Below are positions 39,360 through 56,509 of a stretch of 64,000 bases of DNA, one piece after another. The DNA comes from Eledone cirrhosa (lineage: Eukaryota). Position numbers and translations under genes: made by a program. A model generated the notes under the pieces. That model made no database searches. It was not told where the DNA came from and saw only the letters and a program-made list of their open reading frames with translations. The stretch's first letter is position 1; every line of letters begins with the position of its first letter. Location: contig OZ024742.1 in assembly GCA_964016885.1 (NCBI GenBank), positions 216,318,001-216,382,000 on the forward strand. Direction: 5' to 3'.

Positions 39360-40640
39360 GGAGAAAATGGTTTGTTTCAAAGAAATTACTCCTATTGATT
39401 ATTTTCAACTCTTTGGTCTGATAAATGGTTTAAAAATTACGGTCGTGTCTAACTTTAAATCTATCAACTTTCTCGACGTCAGCTCCCAGTTACCCATAAC
39501 CCAAAAGGCAATGAACACCCCCACTACATATGTAGACATTGTAACCACCCACACAATAATGAAAAATTGCTCATAAAAATATATCTTTTATCCGTTACAA
39601 TTCCACCAACGAATTTGCTTTCACTTTATTTTATATTTGTCAATGAAGCATTAATAGGAGGCACATTTTTCGAAAGGTTAAAAATAGAAGCAAATAACCT
39701 TCTCTCGTACAAGTCTACTTTAAACAGAGTTTCTATCCTTGAAACCAACCTGTTGTTTAACATTTACCGAAAAATATGTCTTTGCCTCTCCATGAAAGAC
39801 GTTCTTTCTACTGCAGATCAGGTTGCTGCATTTTTACCTAACATGAACCGAAGCAAATTTAGTGTCCCTTCCACAACCCAACATTTAATAACTTGCAGCT
39901 TCATTCAGCTGACCGTAAATGTACTTCTAAAGAGATTATCTACTGCAATACATTAGAAACGAGTCGTTTCCTAAATTATTAATTAACATTGAATTAATCC
40001 AAATTATATCGCAATCAACATCTTTACACTTTTAGTCATACGCTTAAAAACGTACTTATATGTTTATCTACATTTATCTTAAGTTTTTCCATCTAACAAC
40101 TCAAAGTACAACACCAAATAAAGATTGAGATGTGTTGTCATACATTATAATAATCGTTCCAACAGGCTGTGTAGACATTGCATTTCTGAATATGAGGAAA
40201 TATCATGTTTCCAAATTCTCTTTTCTTAACTGTGATTCAGATTTGTAAATCAGTTGTGTGTCAAATAATGAAACGTTCAGAAATTTCACGCAAGTTAAAC
40301 CAAATTGTAGCTTATTTTGGATTAGAATGCTTTCCCTTTCCATGTGATATGTTTTCGAAGAAAATGACTTTATTTACGATGAAGGTTTGATCATACAGCA
40401 CCGAAGCCTTACCAAACTGATTTATTTCATCCCAAACTCTTTATGAATAATTAAACACATCGCATATGTCTTCAGCTTTTAAATTCAGATCGTGCATATA
40501 AACCCATCAAATGCCATTGTTACTCTATCTTCCACTCTTCTCCATCTCCTTACTGACATTACGTATGCAACATCTGATGATGGGACAGCTGGAATAATAT
40601 TCAATTGTACAACATGAAATATAACTACATAGGCACAAAC
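39360..40640 (+). mobile_element. Highly decayed Naiad-type PLE with a degenerate HHR at ~40570-40630
   Basis: NGLKITVVSNFKSINFLDVS..NEHPHYICRHCNHP..NRSKFSVPSTT..KCTSKEIIYC. Downstream CTGATGA..GAAATata. Confidence 0.65.
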
Positions 40641-40841
40641 AACGTTTAACCTAGAAAATTCTGTATAATTAAAACTAACGGAGAGATTGAATTTGATCTC
40701 ACACCAACATATAAAGTCATACGTCAGATTGTAATGAAAGACACATTCGAAACATATGTTTGAAGAAGAAGAGGAAGTTGAAAGAAATCATGCATATAAG
40801 TACAAACACACACATACACTTATATATGTGTGTGTTTATAC

Positions 40842-40889
<48 letters not shown>

Positions 40890-40895
40890 ATATAT

Positions 40896-41789
<894 letters not shown>

Positions 41790-41984
41790 TAAAATAATAT
41801 TATTATATATATTTATTAAATAATATTATTACATATATTTATTAATAATATTATATATATTTATTAATATATATTTATTAATATATATATATTTATTAAT
41901 ATATATATTTATTAATAATATTATATATATTTATTAATATATATATTTATTAATGTATATATTTATATAATAATATTATATATA

Positions 41985-42125
41985 TTTATTTTATCGACCC
42001 CGTAAGGATGAAAGGCAAAATCCTGCCGAGGTTGACTTTGCCTTTCATCCTTACGGGGTCGATAAAATAAAGTACCAGTAATGCACTGGGTAATTGCTGG
42101 CCTTGTGCCTAAAGTAGAAACAATA
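41985..42125 (+). mobile_element. SINE, 5'-truncated, with fold-back inverted duplication
   Basis: 41985-42019 is the reverse complement of 42037-42071. TSD aatattatatatatttatt. Confidence 0.85.
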
Positions 42126-42246
42126 TTATATATATTTATTAATAATATTATATATATTTATTAATAATATATATTTAAAAATAATATTATTATATATATT
42201 TATTAAAATAATATTATTAAAATTAAATTATCAAATTTATTATTAT

Positions 42247-42488
<242 letters not shown>

Positions 42489-42863
42489 TATATGCGTTCT
42501 ATTGTTCTCCACGCTCCACATATGACGTATTATCTTCGTTTTTTCGTTCATTGCCAGAGAACGTCTCTATGCACCACCTAAGAGAACATTAGTCTACGAC
42601 CTCTTTTATACCATAAACATGGTTCTGTCTTTGAGCGTAATTGTTTTTCACCGCTCCTATTAATTACGTAATATATTCGTTTTTCCCGTTCTTTGCCAGC
42701 GAACGTTTCCACGAACCAAAGTATCGTCTTCCTGTCTTCCTCCGGTTGCAACGTTTTTTGAAATATCCAGTTCTGCGTTTACAGATTGACTTTGTTAGTT
42801 TCAGAAGATCCCGTTAAGGGTGAAAGCAGCGATTCTTTGCTTAAACTTTAATCTGTAATTTTA

Positions 42864-42971
<108 letters not shown>

Positions 42972-43543
42972 ACATATATATATATACATTCATTCGTGTA
43001 TGCACGCATACACATAATGTTTCAAATCTCATTCTCACTGTGATCTGATAAATAATCAGCGTGTTAGCGTCCGTAGCTATATATAATCTATGAAATCGTG
43101 CAATAGTAATAAAGAATATAAGTAGGCAAATAAGTTACTGGCACCCTTAGCATTGATCTATATTAGGTATTATACACACCAAATAATATTAGGGACCTTG
43201 TCATGCGATAGCATCGTAACTATCCTAACTTTGTACAAAGTTGAATAAACCGACTCTATGAGTAATATAACATCTGAAATCAGTTATGTCAACTATATAT
43301 ATATATATATATCATCAAAGCTAGCGTTACAATTTATGAGCTTACATAATTAATCAATCGTGCATACGAAATGGATAGTCATTTTACAATTTATTTATTG
43401 CAATATATGCAAAGGCAATCTCTTAGGTGTTTTCTGTGTGCGAAATGAATAACCGAATGCTTTTCATTGGTTCAAATTAAAATTTATATGTAATATTCGT
43501 ATGGTTCAGTCAACTTTATATGCATACATACATACATACATAT

Positions 43544-43599
<56 letters not shown>

Positions 43600-43756
43600 C
43601 TCTTCGAATGAAACAGTTCTAGTCCTGTAGAAATTTGTTGTATACACTCTATTGAGTGCCTTACTTGCTGCTCTCACCTCCGATTGAACCTGGGACTCCC
43701 TAACACACACACCCACGCACGCACATACGCACACATACGCGCACATACACGCGCAT

Positions 43757-43862
<106 letters not shown>

Positions 43863-44199
43863 GATACGATGCATTGTGAGATGTTTTCTTTTAACCCAGT
43901 ACAATGAGGTGGGAAAAGGCGAAGGACAAATGATGACAAATCAAACGAAACAAAAGAAAGTAATGGCTTCCTCTTTTCAGACGTGAAGCTGAAACAGTAC
44001 ATGATAAAACATACGAGTTATCAGTTTTCAGAGATTTCTTCCCTTACTAGGATATGTGTTAGCAAAACGTATACGTATGAGTGAGGTCGCTGCAGTAACC
44101 ATTCTGGTTCGTGCATTTCTCACCTAATATTTATCTCTGGTTTTATTCAACTGCTGAAATTGGATTTCTTAATACTTGAATTTCCCATATTCCAGTCAA

Positions 44200-44500
44200 T
44201 GGCCTCTATGGCGAAACGTTGATGGGTTAGAACAAGCTCTCCGATGGTAAGGATGGAGTATTCCCCAGCACAGCATAATTCCAGTCCTAGCGGTAATTTG
44301 TCATCTTCGAAGTGAGATTCCACAACTTCAGGTTTGCCCGCACTAGCTCATTTCATGTCTCATAGGTCTGCCTCTTTTCTGCATCCCATCCGCTGAGTTT
44401 TCTCTGTGCTTCATGTCATCTTCCATACGGCTCACCTCTCAATCCCTGCAACTCTTCTCTTTCGTACACTACATTCGATTCCGCTCATGGCAAGTTGTTA
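44200..44500 (-). mobile_element. Decayed RTE-clade LINE 3' fragment
   Basis: rc: GIECSVRKRR..VSRMEDD..KRGRP..ELVRANLKLWNLTSKMTNYR*DWNYAVLG. Confidence 0.65.
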
Positions 44501-44620
44501 TATTAGACCGCTTATGCTATGATGTTCATGCACACTAATATTACAAATCCATCGAAGCGTACACGCTGAATTCTTTCTTTCCCATCTCAGGTATTTTGCA
44601 ATGAAGGCTTTGCAGCTTCA

Positions 44621-44651
<31 letters not shown>

Positions 44652-44708
44652 ACACACGCACACGCACACATACTCACATGCACACACGTACAAACACACA
44701 CACTCAAA

Positions 44709-44761
<53 letters not shown>

Positions 44762-44780
44762 TATATATGTATATATACAT

Positions 44781-44860
<80 letters not shown>

Positions 44861-45317
44861 TCTTTGAGTGTGTGTGTTTTTACGTGTGTGCATCTGAGTA
44901 TGTGTGTGTGTAAAAGGAGAGAGTGGAAGAGTGATAATTGCGTGTGTATATGCCATTTTCCTTGGCTCTGAAAGAGGAAAACCAATCTTAAATATTTCAA
45001 ATAGATAACTGTAATCAAATGAAGAAATTATAAGATTGTTGCAAAAGAAATAACCGAATTGTAAAGTGAATGCAGTAGTTCTAGAATTGGCAGAAAAGCT
45101 CTCAAAGAACTTTTATTTTTATTTTTATTTTATTTTCACAAGGAATGGATCAAGTGCTATTGCTTTTGACATAATGGTGTTCACAGAATACCTCTCTTAC
45201 TCACCCCCTCTCTCTCATTTTCTCTCTTTATTCTCCTTTATTTATCTATCTATCTCTGTCTTTCTCACACGCTCTTAATTTACTCCTTTATATCTCTCTT
45301 TCAGTCTTTCACTTTCA

Positions 45318-45386
<69 letters not shown>

Positions 45387-45686
45387 TCTCTCTCTCTCTC
45401 TCCCTCTTTCTCTCTTTTGCTCTCTCTCCGAATATGTTGAATCAAAATGTTCTTTCTAGACGGAAGAAATCCTTGAATCAATCGGGTTTTAAGGCGGGGA
45501 TTGAAAATGGAATAGTTATATGAGAAAAGAAATGAATGCTAATTGTAATTCCTGACAAATGTATATTTAGATGGAAAGTGAGAATGAGGCTGTGTTTGCA
45601 ATGTTTTATACAGAGGCGTGTGTAAATATGTATGCAGGAGTGTGCATTCGCAGGTGTGTGTGTATGCTGAGCATAAGTATGTGGAA

Positions 45687-45807
45687 GCAGAAGAAGAAAA
45701 GAAGAAGAAGAAGAAGAAGAAGAAGAAGAAGAAGAAGAAGAAGAAGAAGAAGAAGAAGAAGAAGAAGAAGAAGAAAAAGAAGAAAAAGAAGAAAAAGAAG
45801 AAGAAGA

Positions 45808-45872
<65 letters not shown>
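45687..45872. repeat. Compound (GAA)n(GTA)n microsatellite
   Basis: Directly visible. Confidence 0.95.
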
Positions 45873-45874
<2 letters not shown>

Positions 45875-47846
45875 CAGAAAACGTAGGAATGAATTAAGAG
45901 CAAAGGGGGTATAATTTATTAAATGTTGAAATTTATAGAAAGAATTTATACGAGAAAAAATGAATAGGTTTTTGTTCTTTTCGTGCACATTTGTTATTTA
46001 TTTATATTCTTATATATATATATATATTTTTTTTTTTTGAAGCCTTAAATAATTTTGATGCGAATATAGTTGAGATAAAATGGGCAAACGTAATGGGATT
46101 TTGACCTGAGGAAAATGTCGGAATGATCGCTAGCCATATGAAATATATAGCTCCAACCTCCTACCGTTTCTTCAAACACGAGATTCAGTATAGCACCACA
46201 TTATTAATTTCGATAATGTGCTTGTTCTTTAAACTTAGGAAAGAATATATTGTGGAGATGAAGGTGAAGATGTGACCAGTCGGCACTGGTTAAGATTATT
46301 GATTATATTTCCTTCTATAACTGTAAGAGATGATGCAAGAATACAGTAAAAAAAAGATTGTTTGTTAATTGAATGGATCTTATATACTTCTGTGTATCAG
46401 CCAGGTGTGTATGTTCAGAAAAAAATTGGCTGTTTTAAATAAAGAGATCAATCTTAAGAATGAGTATAATGAAACACGGATGAAATAAAGAGATAGACGT
46501 CATATAATTTATACAATTGAAAATACGGAAAAGAGTTAAAGAAATGAAGAAAAACGGAGATATTAGTTTCTTCTTTTTTAATCCATACTTTGCATGAAGG
46601 AACACGGAAAAATAACCAACTGCTTTCATCAGATTTCTACGTAAACCCACAAAACAAATTCTAATGTCTATCTAAACTGAGAACTATTAGTAGAGATGTA
46701 GAACAGTTCGTGTAACAGTTTGGGGTTGTACATTGTACGTTATACATTGCTCTGTTTAACTGTTATAAAGCCTTTTCCTTATCTAATATTTAACATGGAT
46801 AATTTCAGATAATAATATTCCTTTACCCCCTGAATATCATGGCTCACCATCTCGGTTATAATGTTTTTATAGGTCTGTCTAAATCAGTACAATATCCATC
46901 CGCATATTCTATTTTTCTCCTTATCGTCCAGCCTACTATTAAGTGTTTATGTTATGATTTTTGTTTTAAGAATCAAATATATATTCTTTTCCCCTCTTTG
47001 ATGGTGACAGTTATAATTTTCTCAGGTTTTGCAATCTAGTACGTCATCAGTTTGTGTTATGCCTGTAATCTTTCAAACTGTTTAAATACCCATATCTCAA
47101 AAGCTTGTATACGTATTTGATAGAAATTTATGCAGAATTACTAGAGCTGTTGCCGAAGGTTTCTTACCTCATTTCCTTCTGTCTGCAATCAAATCATGCA
47201 GTAATCGACTTCAATCCACATCATTTGCGGCTTAAAATGTTAAGTATCTACCAAGTTTTGTGGTCGATGTAATCGACTATACCTCTCTCCGAAAATGTGT
47301 AGAGTATACTATTAAAGATAACGTGGGATGTAAATTAATTGAATTCATAAATCATCGGTTTGTGTTATTTGTGTTATTTTGTGTTATTATACACTCTAAG
47401 TACAGACATCGTGGAGGCGAAAACTGGCTTTCTTACTTCTCAGGCCTAAAAAAAATATAGTTTGATAGAATCGACCACATCCTCCCATAAGCTTCCTGAT
47501 TTTTTATCCATATTCAGTGGTCAACATAAAACGTAATACGTTTAAAGATAGAGCAAGACTTTCTAGTAAGCTGCGCCTATGACCCTGTTGTATTGGCATC
47601 ATTATATTTACTCGTTTAAACATATGGAATACCACTACCTATTTTCATTACGTATACATTGCCCTTTCAAATCATTTTAATACTCAGATTGATATATCCT
47701 TTTCATTTATGAATTTCAAGCCTTTTAGTGACACCATGCCACATACATCTGAGACCGAGAAGTCTACAAATCAGGAGAGTACGCTATGCATAGGTAGAAG
47801 CAGAGTCATATATGTGTGTGTATGTATGTGTGTGTGGGGGGGGGGG

Positions 47847-47883
<37 letters not shown>

Positions 47884-48161
47884 CGGGTTTGTGTGTGTAT
47901 ATGTGTGCATGTGTATGTGTGTTTTCATATTTCATTTATGCATTACTTTTGCTAGGAACAGTAAACTCCCTACCTCTCTCCTCTTCTACTGTTGATAGAA
48001 CTGGAAACTTTAATACTTCAAAGGAAATCTAAACAAGTCCACAGTGAATACTAACAAAACCTTCATGGAAAAAGATAAAAGAACACTGCCGTCGTTCCAA
48101 TGTAGCGTGTTTAAATCAGAAATCATGTAATATATATGAAAACGTGAGCGTGCGTATTTGT

Positions 48162-48241
<80 letters not shown>

Positions 48242-48380
48242 ATATATATATATATATAATATATATATATATATATAATATATATATATAATATATATAT
48301 ATATATATAATATATATATATAATATATATATATAATATATATATATAATATATAATATACATATATATATATAATATAT

Positions 48381-48414
<34 letters not shown>

Positions 48415-48440
48415 ATATATATATAATATATATATATATA

Positions 48441-48472
<32 letters not shown>

Positions 48473-48496
48473 ATATATATATATATAATATATATA

Positions 48497-48556
<60 letters not shown>

Positions 48557-49180
48557 TGTGTGGGTGGGTGGGTGTACTATATATAGAGAGAGAGTGAGTG
48601 GTGTGTGTTTGTCTGTGTGTATGCGTTTGTGTGTGTTTGTGTGTGTTTGTTAGGTTTATCTATTTTGATTTCTGCCTTTCAATATTCAGTTGGAAGCATG
48701 AATTCCTTTGGCTATAAGAAAGTGTTCTGAGGAGGCTCACAAATTCAGGAATGGAAATTTACTTCTGATTAACTAACATAGTGATTTATTGCATACAATA
48801 TCTTCCATTAAAATTGTATATCAATGATATCTTTGGTAGTAAGAAAATATTATATGATAATATAATATTTTTAAACGGCAAAACTAAATTTTTGAATTCC
48901 CACTCACCTAGACATTTGAAACAACCACAAATAAAACATTAAACCTCTAATTTACTCCTTCCAAATAGTAGTTGCCACAATTGATTAGGGATGGTTAGTT
49001 TGTTTGAGTAGTGAAGCAAGGCAAACATGTATGAGGGGATAGCTGCGAGTTTTACCTCCAAATCTTGAGATGCTGCACTAACCAACCTTCACATTAAAGT
49101 GATTATCTTGTTCCATAAACTTGGCTCGTTGAGTAAATAGAAATTGAGCGAAAATATGTGAGATGAGCTTCCTTCTAAGA

Positions 49181-49660
49181 TCCGCGGTGGCAAATCCCTC
49201 GTCTGGGATGCCACTTACAACGACACTTTCTCCAGCCAAAACCTGGTGCAGTCAGTGACTAACCCAGGTTCTGCTACACGTCGGGCTGAGGAGGGCAAAC
49301 TCTCCAAGTACCGTCGCTCTCCGACAGGTTTGCGGTCGTGCCCTTGGCAGTGGAGACCTCTGGTGTGCTTGGCCTAGGGCTACCTCCCTACTCACCAGCA
49401 TAGGCGCTGATCTGGCCAGCCGCAGGTGCGAGCCTCGCGAATTGGAATGGCTCTTCCAGTGCATCTCCCTTACTATCCTCCGGGGAAACGCCTTCTCCAT
49501 TATTCTGTCCGCCGGAGCTGTGGGGCGGCCAACACGTGGGACTCCATTTGCTCACAATACAGAGAGATGGGGAGAGCGAGAGAGTTGGAGGCGTTGAGAG
49601 TGGGAGTTCGGCCTTTCCGTGTCCGGACACATTGTTTCTGTCATGGGGATCATGTGATAC
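49181..49660 (+). mobile_element. 3' end of a CRE-like non-LTR retrotransposon (restriction-like endonuclease domain), frameshifted
   Basis: GC-rich island reading GGKSLVWDATYNDTFS..GSATRRAEEGKLSKY..FAVVPLAVETSGVLG..IGADLASR..WLFQCISLTILRGNAFSII. Confidence 0.8.
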
Positions 49661-49990
49661 TTTTCTAGAAATCTGTAGCATCAAACTGTTGCTAAAAGCG
49701 AAGTCTTCTAACCCACTTCCCTCAACCACACCACCACAGTCAACCACTTCACACCTTCCCAAACATAGATACAGGTTAGTCAGCTGATGATTGAGTTAAA
49801 ACATGTATGGAACATGGTAACGCCAAATATAGTGATTCAGTTAATAGAACATCTAGAGCAGTCATTAGGGAGGAACCGGTGGTATTATTGTCTGAGCTAA
49901 TTATTTTTGCAAACTCATCTTTTTAAAAATAAAGACTAGTATATTTTGAATGAACTAATCTGTTTTAGTTGTGCACAGTAACATTGCCTA

Positions 49991-50038
<48 letters not shown>

Positions 50039-50244
50039 GGGGGGGGGGGTGATTATAGTGTAGTGCTTCACTATTATCTTTGGTAAGCTGAGAAAGGCTC
50101 TGTGCACATTATAATCCTCGGTTCATCGGGAATTTAGAACGCACGATAAAATTATCGTGTTGACACAGACGTAGAAATAAAAGAGTGAATGAAAGTTGGT
50201 AAACTTGATTTTTTATAATATTGCGTGTATATATGTATATATAT

Positions 50245-50431
50245 ATAGGAGAAAATATGACCCCGACGGCAGAGCACAAGCCGTTTCGATGTCTATTTCT
50301 GAAATAGCCGTCGAACCGGCTTGAGCTCTGCCGTCGGGGTCATACTTTCTCCTATTATCCACTCTACTACCCTAAGTATTGAGAATTCTGGTGCGTTATG
50401 GTCCATCTGGTTCCTTACCACTACTCTTTCG

Positions 50432-50435
<4 letters not shown>
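50245..50435 (+). mobile_element. Fold-back PLE-end remnant with the 3' half of a hammerhead
   Basis: Palindrome centred at ~50300. Right arm reads tagccgtc-GAA(A/C)C-ggc ttgagctct gcc-GTC-ggggtcat. Flanked by (TA)n. Confidence 0.7.
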
Positions 50436-50481
<46 letters not shown>

Positions 50482-50654
50482 ATGTGTGTGTGTGTATGTG
50501 TGTGGTTGTGCGTGTGTATGTATATATATGTATTGAACCTGATAACTATGTGTCTACTCTGGGAATTTATATTACCTATTGAGTAAGCTGAGATGCAAAC
50601 GGTACTAGAAGTGAAACCCATGCTAGTCCCATCAACTTATTATATATATATATA

Positions 50655-50735
50655 TATTTATTAAAATAACAGATTAAAGTTTAAGCAAAGAATCGCTGCT
50701 TTCAACCTTAACGGGATCTGTTTTTATTTTAATAA
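50655..50735. repeat. Short TA-abutting repeat, reverse-complement copy at 42805-42872
   Basis: agatcccgttaaggktgaaagcagcgattctttgcttaaactttaatctgt is shared. Confidence 0.75.
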
Positions 50736-50822
50736 ATATTTGCTCTACGGTTCTTATATATTTGATATATATTTATCCTTATCGAGCCCTCTTTGGATTT
50801 TGGTCTTCAAATTCATTATTAT

Positions 50823-50874
<52 letters not shown>

Positions 50875-50880
<6 letters not shown>

Positions 50881-51214
50881 TTCTTTATTATTAGCCACAG
50901 GGGCACAAAAGAAGGGGACACATACAAAGGGGGAAGTTTACATACAATAAAAACGTGTAAAATATTATCGCAAATGCAATTTAAAAAATTAGTCGATTTT
51001 CCCCAATAGGGGGAGACAGTTCATATGGGTAACACATACCCCCGAAAAAATGTGCAACCCTCATCTGCAGGAGTACGAAGAGTTTGTACCCCTTTCCTCT
51101 CTTCCTCTTTTTCCTCAACCTACAGGCTGATATAGAGAGAAGGCCCATTCACTCGGGCCATTCTCGCCACTTTCACCCACCTTTCATAAAACTTGCTGGG
51201 GTACAGCACCTCTC

Positions 51215-51216
<2 letters not shown>
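50875..51216 (-). mobile_element. Probable Tx1/L1-group LINE 3' end inserted in a microsatellite
   Basis: rc: REVLYPSKFYERWVKVARMARVNGPSLYISL*, then a ~240-bp UTR ending ..ggctaataataaagaaa. Resembles Tx1 ORF2 C-termini (from memory). Confidence 0.5.
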
Positions 51217-51246
<30 letters not shown>

Positions 51247-52312
51247 GAATAAAGAAATACAAAATAGTTTATTTGATGAGGCCGTCATACCTAGTGCCAT
51301 ACCTAGTGCCATGATCTCATCAGACAGCTTCTTACATAGTAAGGTTGCAATCAGGAGGTAATCTTAAATTGAAGCGACAAGGAAACCAACAAACATATAT
51401 ATATATAATTTAACACCAGGCACAGTTTACCTTCCAGATAGTTGTTATTGATATATGTAATCAGCATAACAAAACAACATTTCTCACCTTAAATTTGTTT
51501 GAATGAATATACCTCTGCGAGCAACATTCGTTTAATTCAGTAGTTGACAATCAAACAAGGTCAACACATGAACGCAATGTCATGGTTGTCCAAAACTTGG
51601 ATGAACTAATTTTGCTTGCGTTATGCTCCACTTTTATATTTTGAGCCCCTCCACAGGAGAGGGATTCTTGCCTTCAAATTGAAGTTTAAACTCGGGTTAT
51701 CAAATTTTCACTACATTCTATTTATTAACATGTGTCCTATACATATGTGAATATGTGCAAATATGTAACTATGTAATATATATATATATATATATATTTA
51801 TTTGTCGGAGATTTCTCCATAAGAGCATTTATTCTTATAGCTTGTTCTAATTGATTTTTATATGGTTAATTATGCTAATTAGAAGAAGAAATAGTATATA
51901 TTTTATTATCTGATGATTCTAAAGACATGATTTATGATATATATATATATATATATATATATACACCCGTATATGCCTCAACTGGAACGTTAATTATTCT
52001 AAACTAAACTTACACCAACTGCAAAACCCTGGTGACATGAACTACAATCCTACAATATGCTCTACCCACAAAACAGCACTGCATGAATCATCAATTAAAT
52101 ACAAACAAGTACATCAAAACCATATTCCAGGATTCTCATCAAAATACTTGCATGGCGGTCAATGACCTCACCAGGCTGCAGCTGTCGTATTGCATAATTT
52201 GCATATTACACCCTCTCTCTCTCATTATATATATATATATATATGTATACATATATGTACACATACACGCAAGAATTAAACTTGGAATGAGAATATATAT
52301 ACATGTATATAT

Positions 52313-53224
<912 letters not shown>

Positions 53225-53781
53225 AAGTGTGTATAAAGAAAATAATCAAAATAAGAATTTGCAATTTCAGATGCGATTTTACATTTCGTTGCAAATATCT
53301 TTCTCGTACATTGTTATAAAAGAGTCACTTGATACAATTCATCGTAATAAGTGAAACATGGAAGGTTGTTTCAATTGGGTGTTGTTTAAATAAGTCAAAG
53401 AAATCAACAGAAATCAAAAGAAATAAGGAAGCATACAACAACAACAATAATAAGAAGAAGAATTACAACACACTAAACATATTAAAGCGAACATACTATT
53501 GTTTCCATTATGTTTATATTTTAGTAAATATTGATTTCTCTCAGCTACGCAAATATTCAAAGTTGTTACGCCTTTCACTAATGTTGCTAATTATAATGTT
53601 AGTTAACTGAACATGTTTCTATACTTTCCAAATGGACTTAAAAATCAAGGAATACCATAATACGTATAAGTTTCTGTGAAAATATGTATGCATTTAAGTA
53701 TGTTTGCGGCTGTATCTTTGCATGTATGCAATGGAATAATCTGTAAACCAATCTGAGAGAAGCACACGCATGTCAATATAT

Positions 53782-53841
<60 letters not shown>

Positions 53842-53918
53842 TGTGAGTGTGTCTGAGTGTATGTGAGTGTATGTGTGTGTGTGAGTGAGTGTGTGTGAAT
53901 ATATTACATACAGATATA

Positions 53919-53970
<52 letters not shown>

Positions 53971-53980
53971 TGATACATTA

Positions 53981-54052
<72 letters not shown>

Positions 54053-54321
54053 GCTCATTCAATTAAACTTGCGAATTCATATAAAACTATGTCATCTAAA
54101 TCGAAATATAACTATCGATTTGTACTTGCGGAAGAAGGAGGCATAGAGTATTTTTAAATCCATTTTAGTTGAATGATGTTACATTACATTGAAATATACC
54201 CAATGTCCATTGTATTATATTTTAAGATAGCTTTTCAGTGTAGATGTTGAAATACTTAAGACGTAGTCTTCATTATGCAAGTGCATTTATAGAATAGGCT
54301 CCTTAGATTCAATTTATAGTT

Positions 54322-54352
<31 letters not shown>

Positions 54353-55435
54353 TTGTTGTTATTGTTGTTTAGTTTGAGGTCAGTCATGATTGAGCGGAAT
54401 TTGTATGATCGTAATTTTTTCTAGCTGTGCCCAATGCGTCTCTTTTTTCTCACCATTGTACTGCAATATGAATTATCATCTTTGTATTTCATGTTGCTTT
54501 CTTTTGTATTTTTGTTTTGCTTTGTTCGTATTTTTCCGGGATTTTTTTTTTTTTTGGTGGTGGTGGTGGTGGGGGGGGGTTATAAAACAGAGGTTTCGAT
54601 ATGAGAGTAAATATTCATAATTTCTTCTTCCTAATTGAAAGTTTAAACCCGTGATCACAATTAACAATATGAGGCATTTTCATTAATAAGTTTGTTGTCA
54701 GATACACATTGACTAGCTATCACAAAATCATCATTTCTGTCGTTAAAGAATCTCCTTTATAAATACGAATATAAGCAGATCATCATTTTTTATTAATCTT
54801 TTCAAAGTTTTGTAACGTTGTTTTGTTAGCGTTATTATTGTTAAATTTTCGTGATAGATGAGTTCTGGCTATGGAGAACTGACATATGAACAATGCACCT
54901 TTATCACACCTGACAAGACTCCCCATTGGATGAGGAGATCACACACACCCAAAGTAGGTGAGTGAAAGGGGTCTTCTCTTGTGAAAATGGATATAGCTTT
55001 CATTATGTAAAATCTCCCCGTTTTGCCTCATTTCTCTCCGTTTTAGGGCACTTTTTGTCATGCTTCTCCCAGTTTGGGTTTTTATATCCAGAGTGTACTT
55101 TCTTCTCACCATGGTACGTAGTAGAATGGGATTTAAGGTAATTTGGCATTTATCTCGAGAAAGTGGAGTGACTGTGTAGATGCTCCCTCCTAAGCTTCAT
55201 CGCGCCTTCTCGTTAACAGCAGTGTGACCAGATATGTATAAGGACACAGAGAGAATCTAGTGACGCAGATTAAGTATATCAACAATGCATTCAGTGATGT
55301 TCTATATATAGTGAATTGAAGTCTTTGATGAATTGTGATTATTCAAGCATTTAGGAAGAAGAATCGCTTTCTTGAAAGGGAATTTTTGCATGGATAATCC
55401 TTGATGGAACAGCCATCCTAGATGAACTTAATTTG

Positions 55436-55526
<91 letters not shown>

Positions 55527-56317
55527 TGTTCATAAGTTTTCGCAAAGCATAAGTATACACTCCAGGCAAACCATTCGGATATAGTAATAATTTCGATCAC
55601 TTATGATTTAAAAGGGAAAGCATATACGTTAAATATATTCGGAATCCCTAAACTATATTGCCTTAAAATGGAACAATCACTATTATTTTCTTAACTTCGT
55701 TAAATATAATAATAGTGAATGAGGTATGAATATTGATCCATTTAAATGTTATAACAACGTAGGCACTGATTCCCCCATTGTTATTACACATTTCTCCGAT
55801 GTATGGAATATAATAAAGTAATTGGGTGAAATGTTCCTCCAAAAAAAGAATTTTGATTTTTAACGCCATCACCACCATCACCACCACCACCCAGTGTTGT
55901 TAATAGGAAAATGATGTGTAATGAACCTGCTTATTGCTTATAGATATGATTATCTGTATTACATATAACACTAGGATAGATGTGCAGAAATATTAGACTG
56001 GTGGAGAAAATGAATTGCGATATTTGTGTACGTGCGGTTATTTTCTGCATTTCAATCCACTCGACATTGAATTTAATTTTCATTTCCAAGAAATCGATAA
56101 AATGTATTATAGTCGTGAACTGAAGGAAATTTAATCTCTGTACATTTCCTCTCCCATCCTCCAAAGTGGCAGACTCTAATATCAAATCTGAACCAAGGTT
56201 GAGTTTATATTGACCATGGCCGATATACATATGTAGAAGTCAAATGGGAGGGTCAAATAAATCGAAATATCTCTCCTGTCCAAATGCGGTAACCTTTACC
56301 TAGATTAGGAAGGATTA

Positions 56318-56509
56318 TGCGGTGGATTGGCAGTATCGGTAGAGGGTCGGACGCCATGCTTTCCAGCATAGTTATGTCCCTTTACGATCTGAGTTCAAAT
56401 CCCACTGAGGTTGACTTTGCCTTTCATCATTACGGGGTCGATAAAATAAAGTACCAGTGATGCACTGGGTTATTGCTGGCCTTGTGCCTAAAGTAGAAAC
56501 AATTATTAT
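56318..56509 (+). mobile_element. Full-length tRNA-derived SINE
   Basis: A and B boxes and body as at 16574. Confidence 0.88.

Noticed and set aside
49252-49787. Four overlapping track ORFs in the GC-rich island
   Set aside because: They are off-frame or antisense shadows of the frameshifted CRE-like endonuclease sequence.
46615-51330. Isolated CTGATGA words (~46626, ~47044, ~49784, ~51318)
   Set aside because: None has a correctly placed GAAA, stem II and stem I partner.
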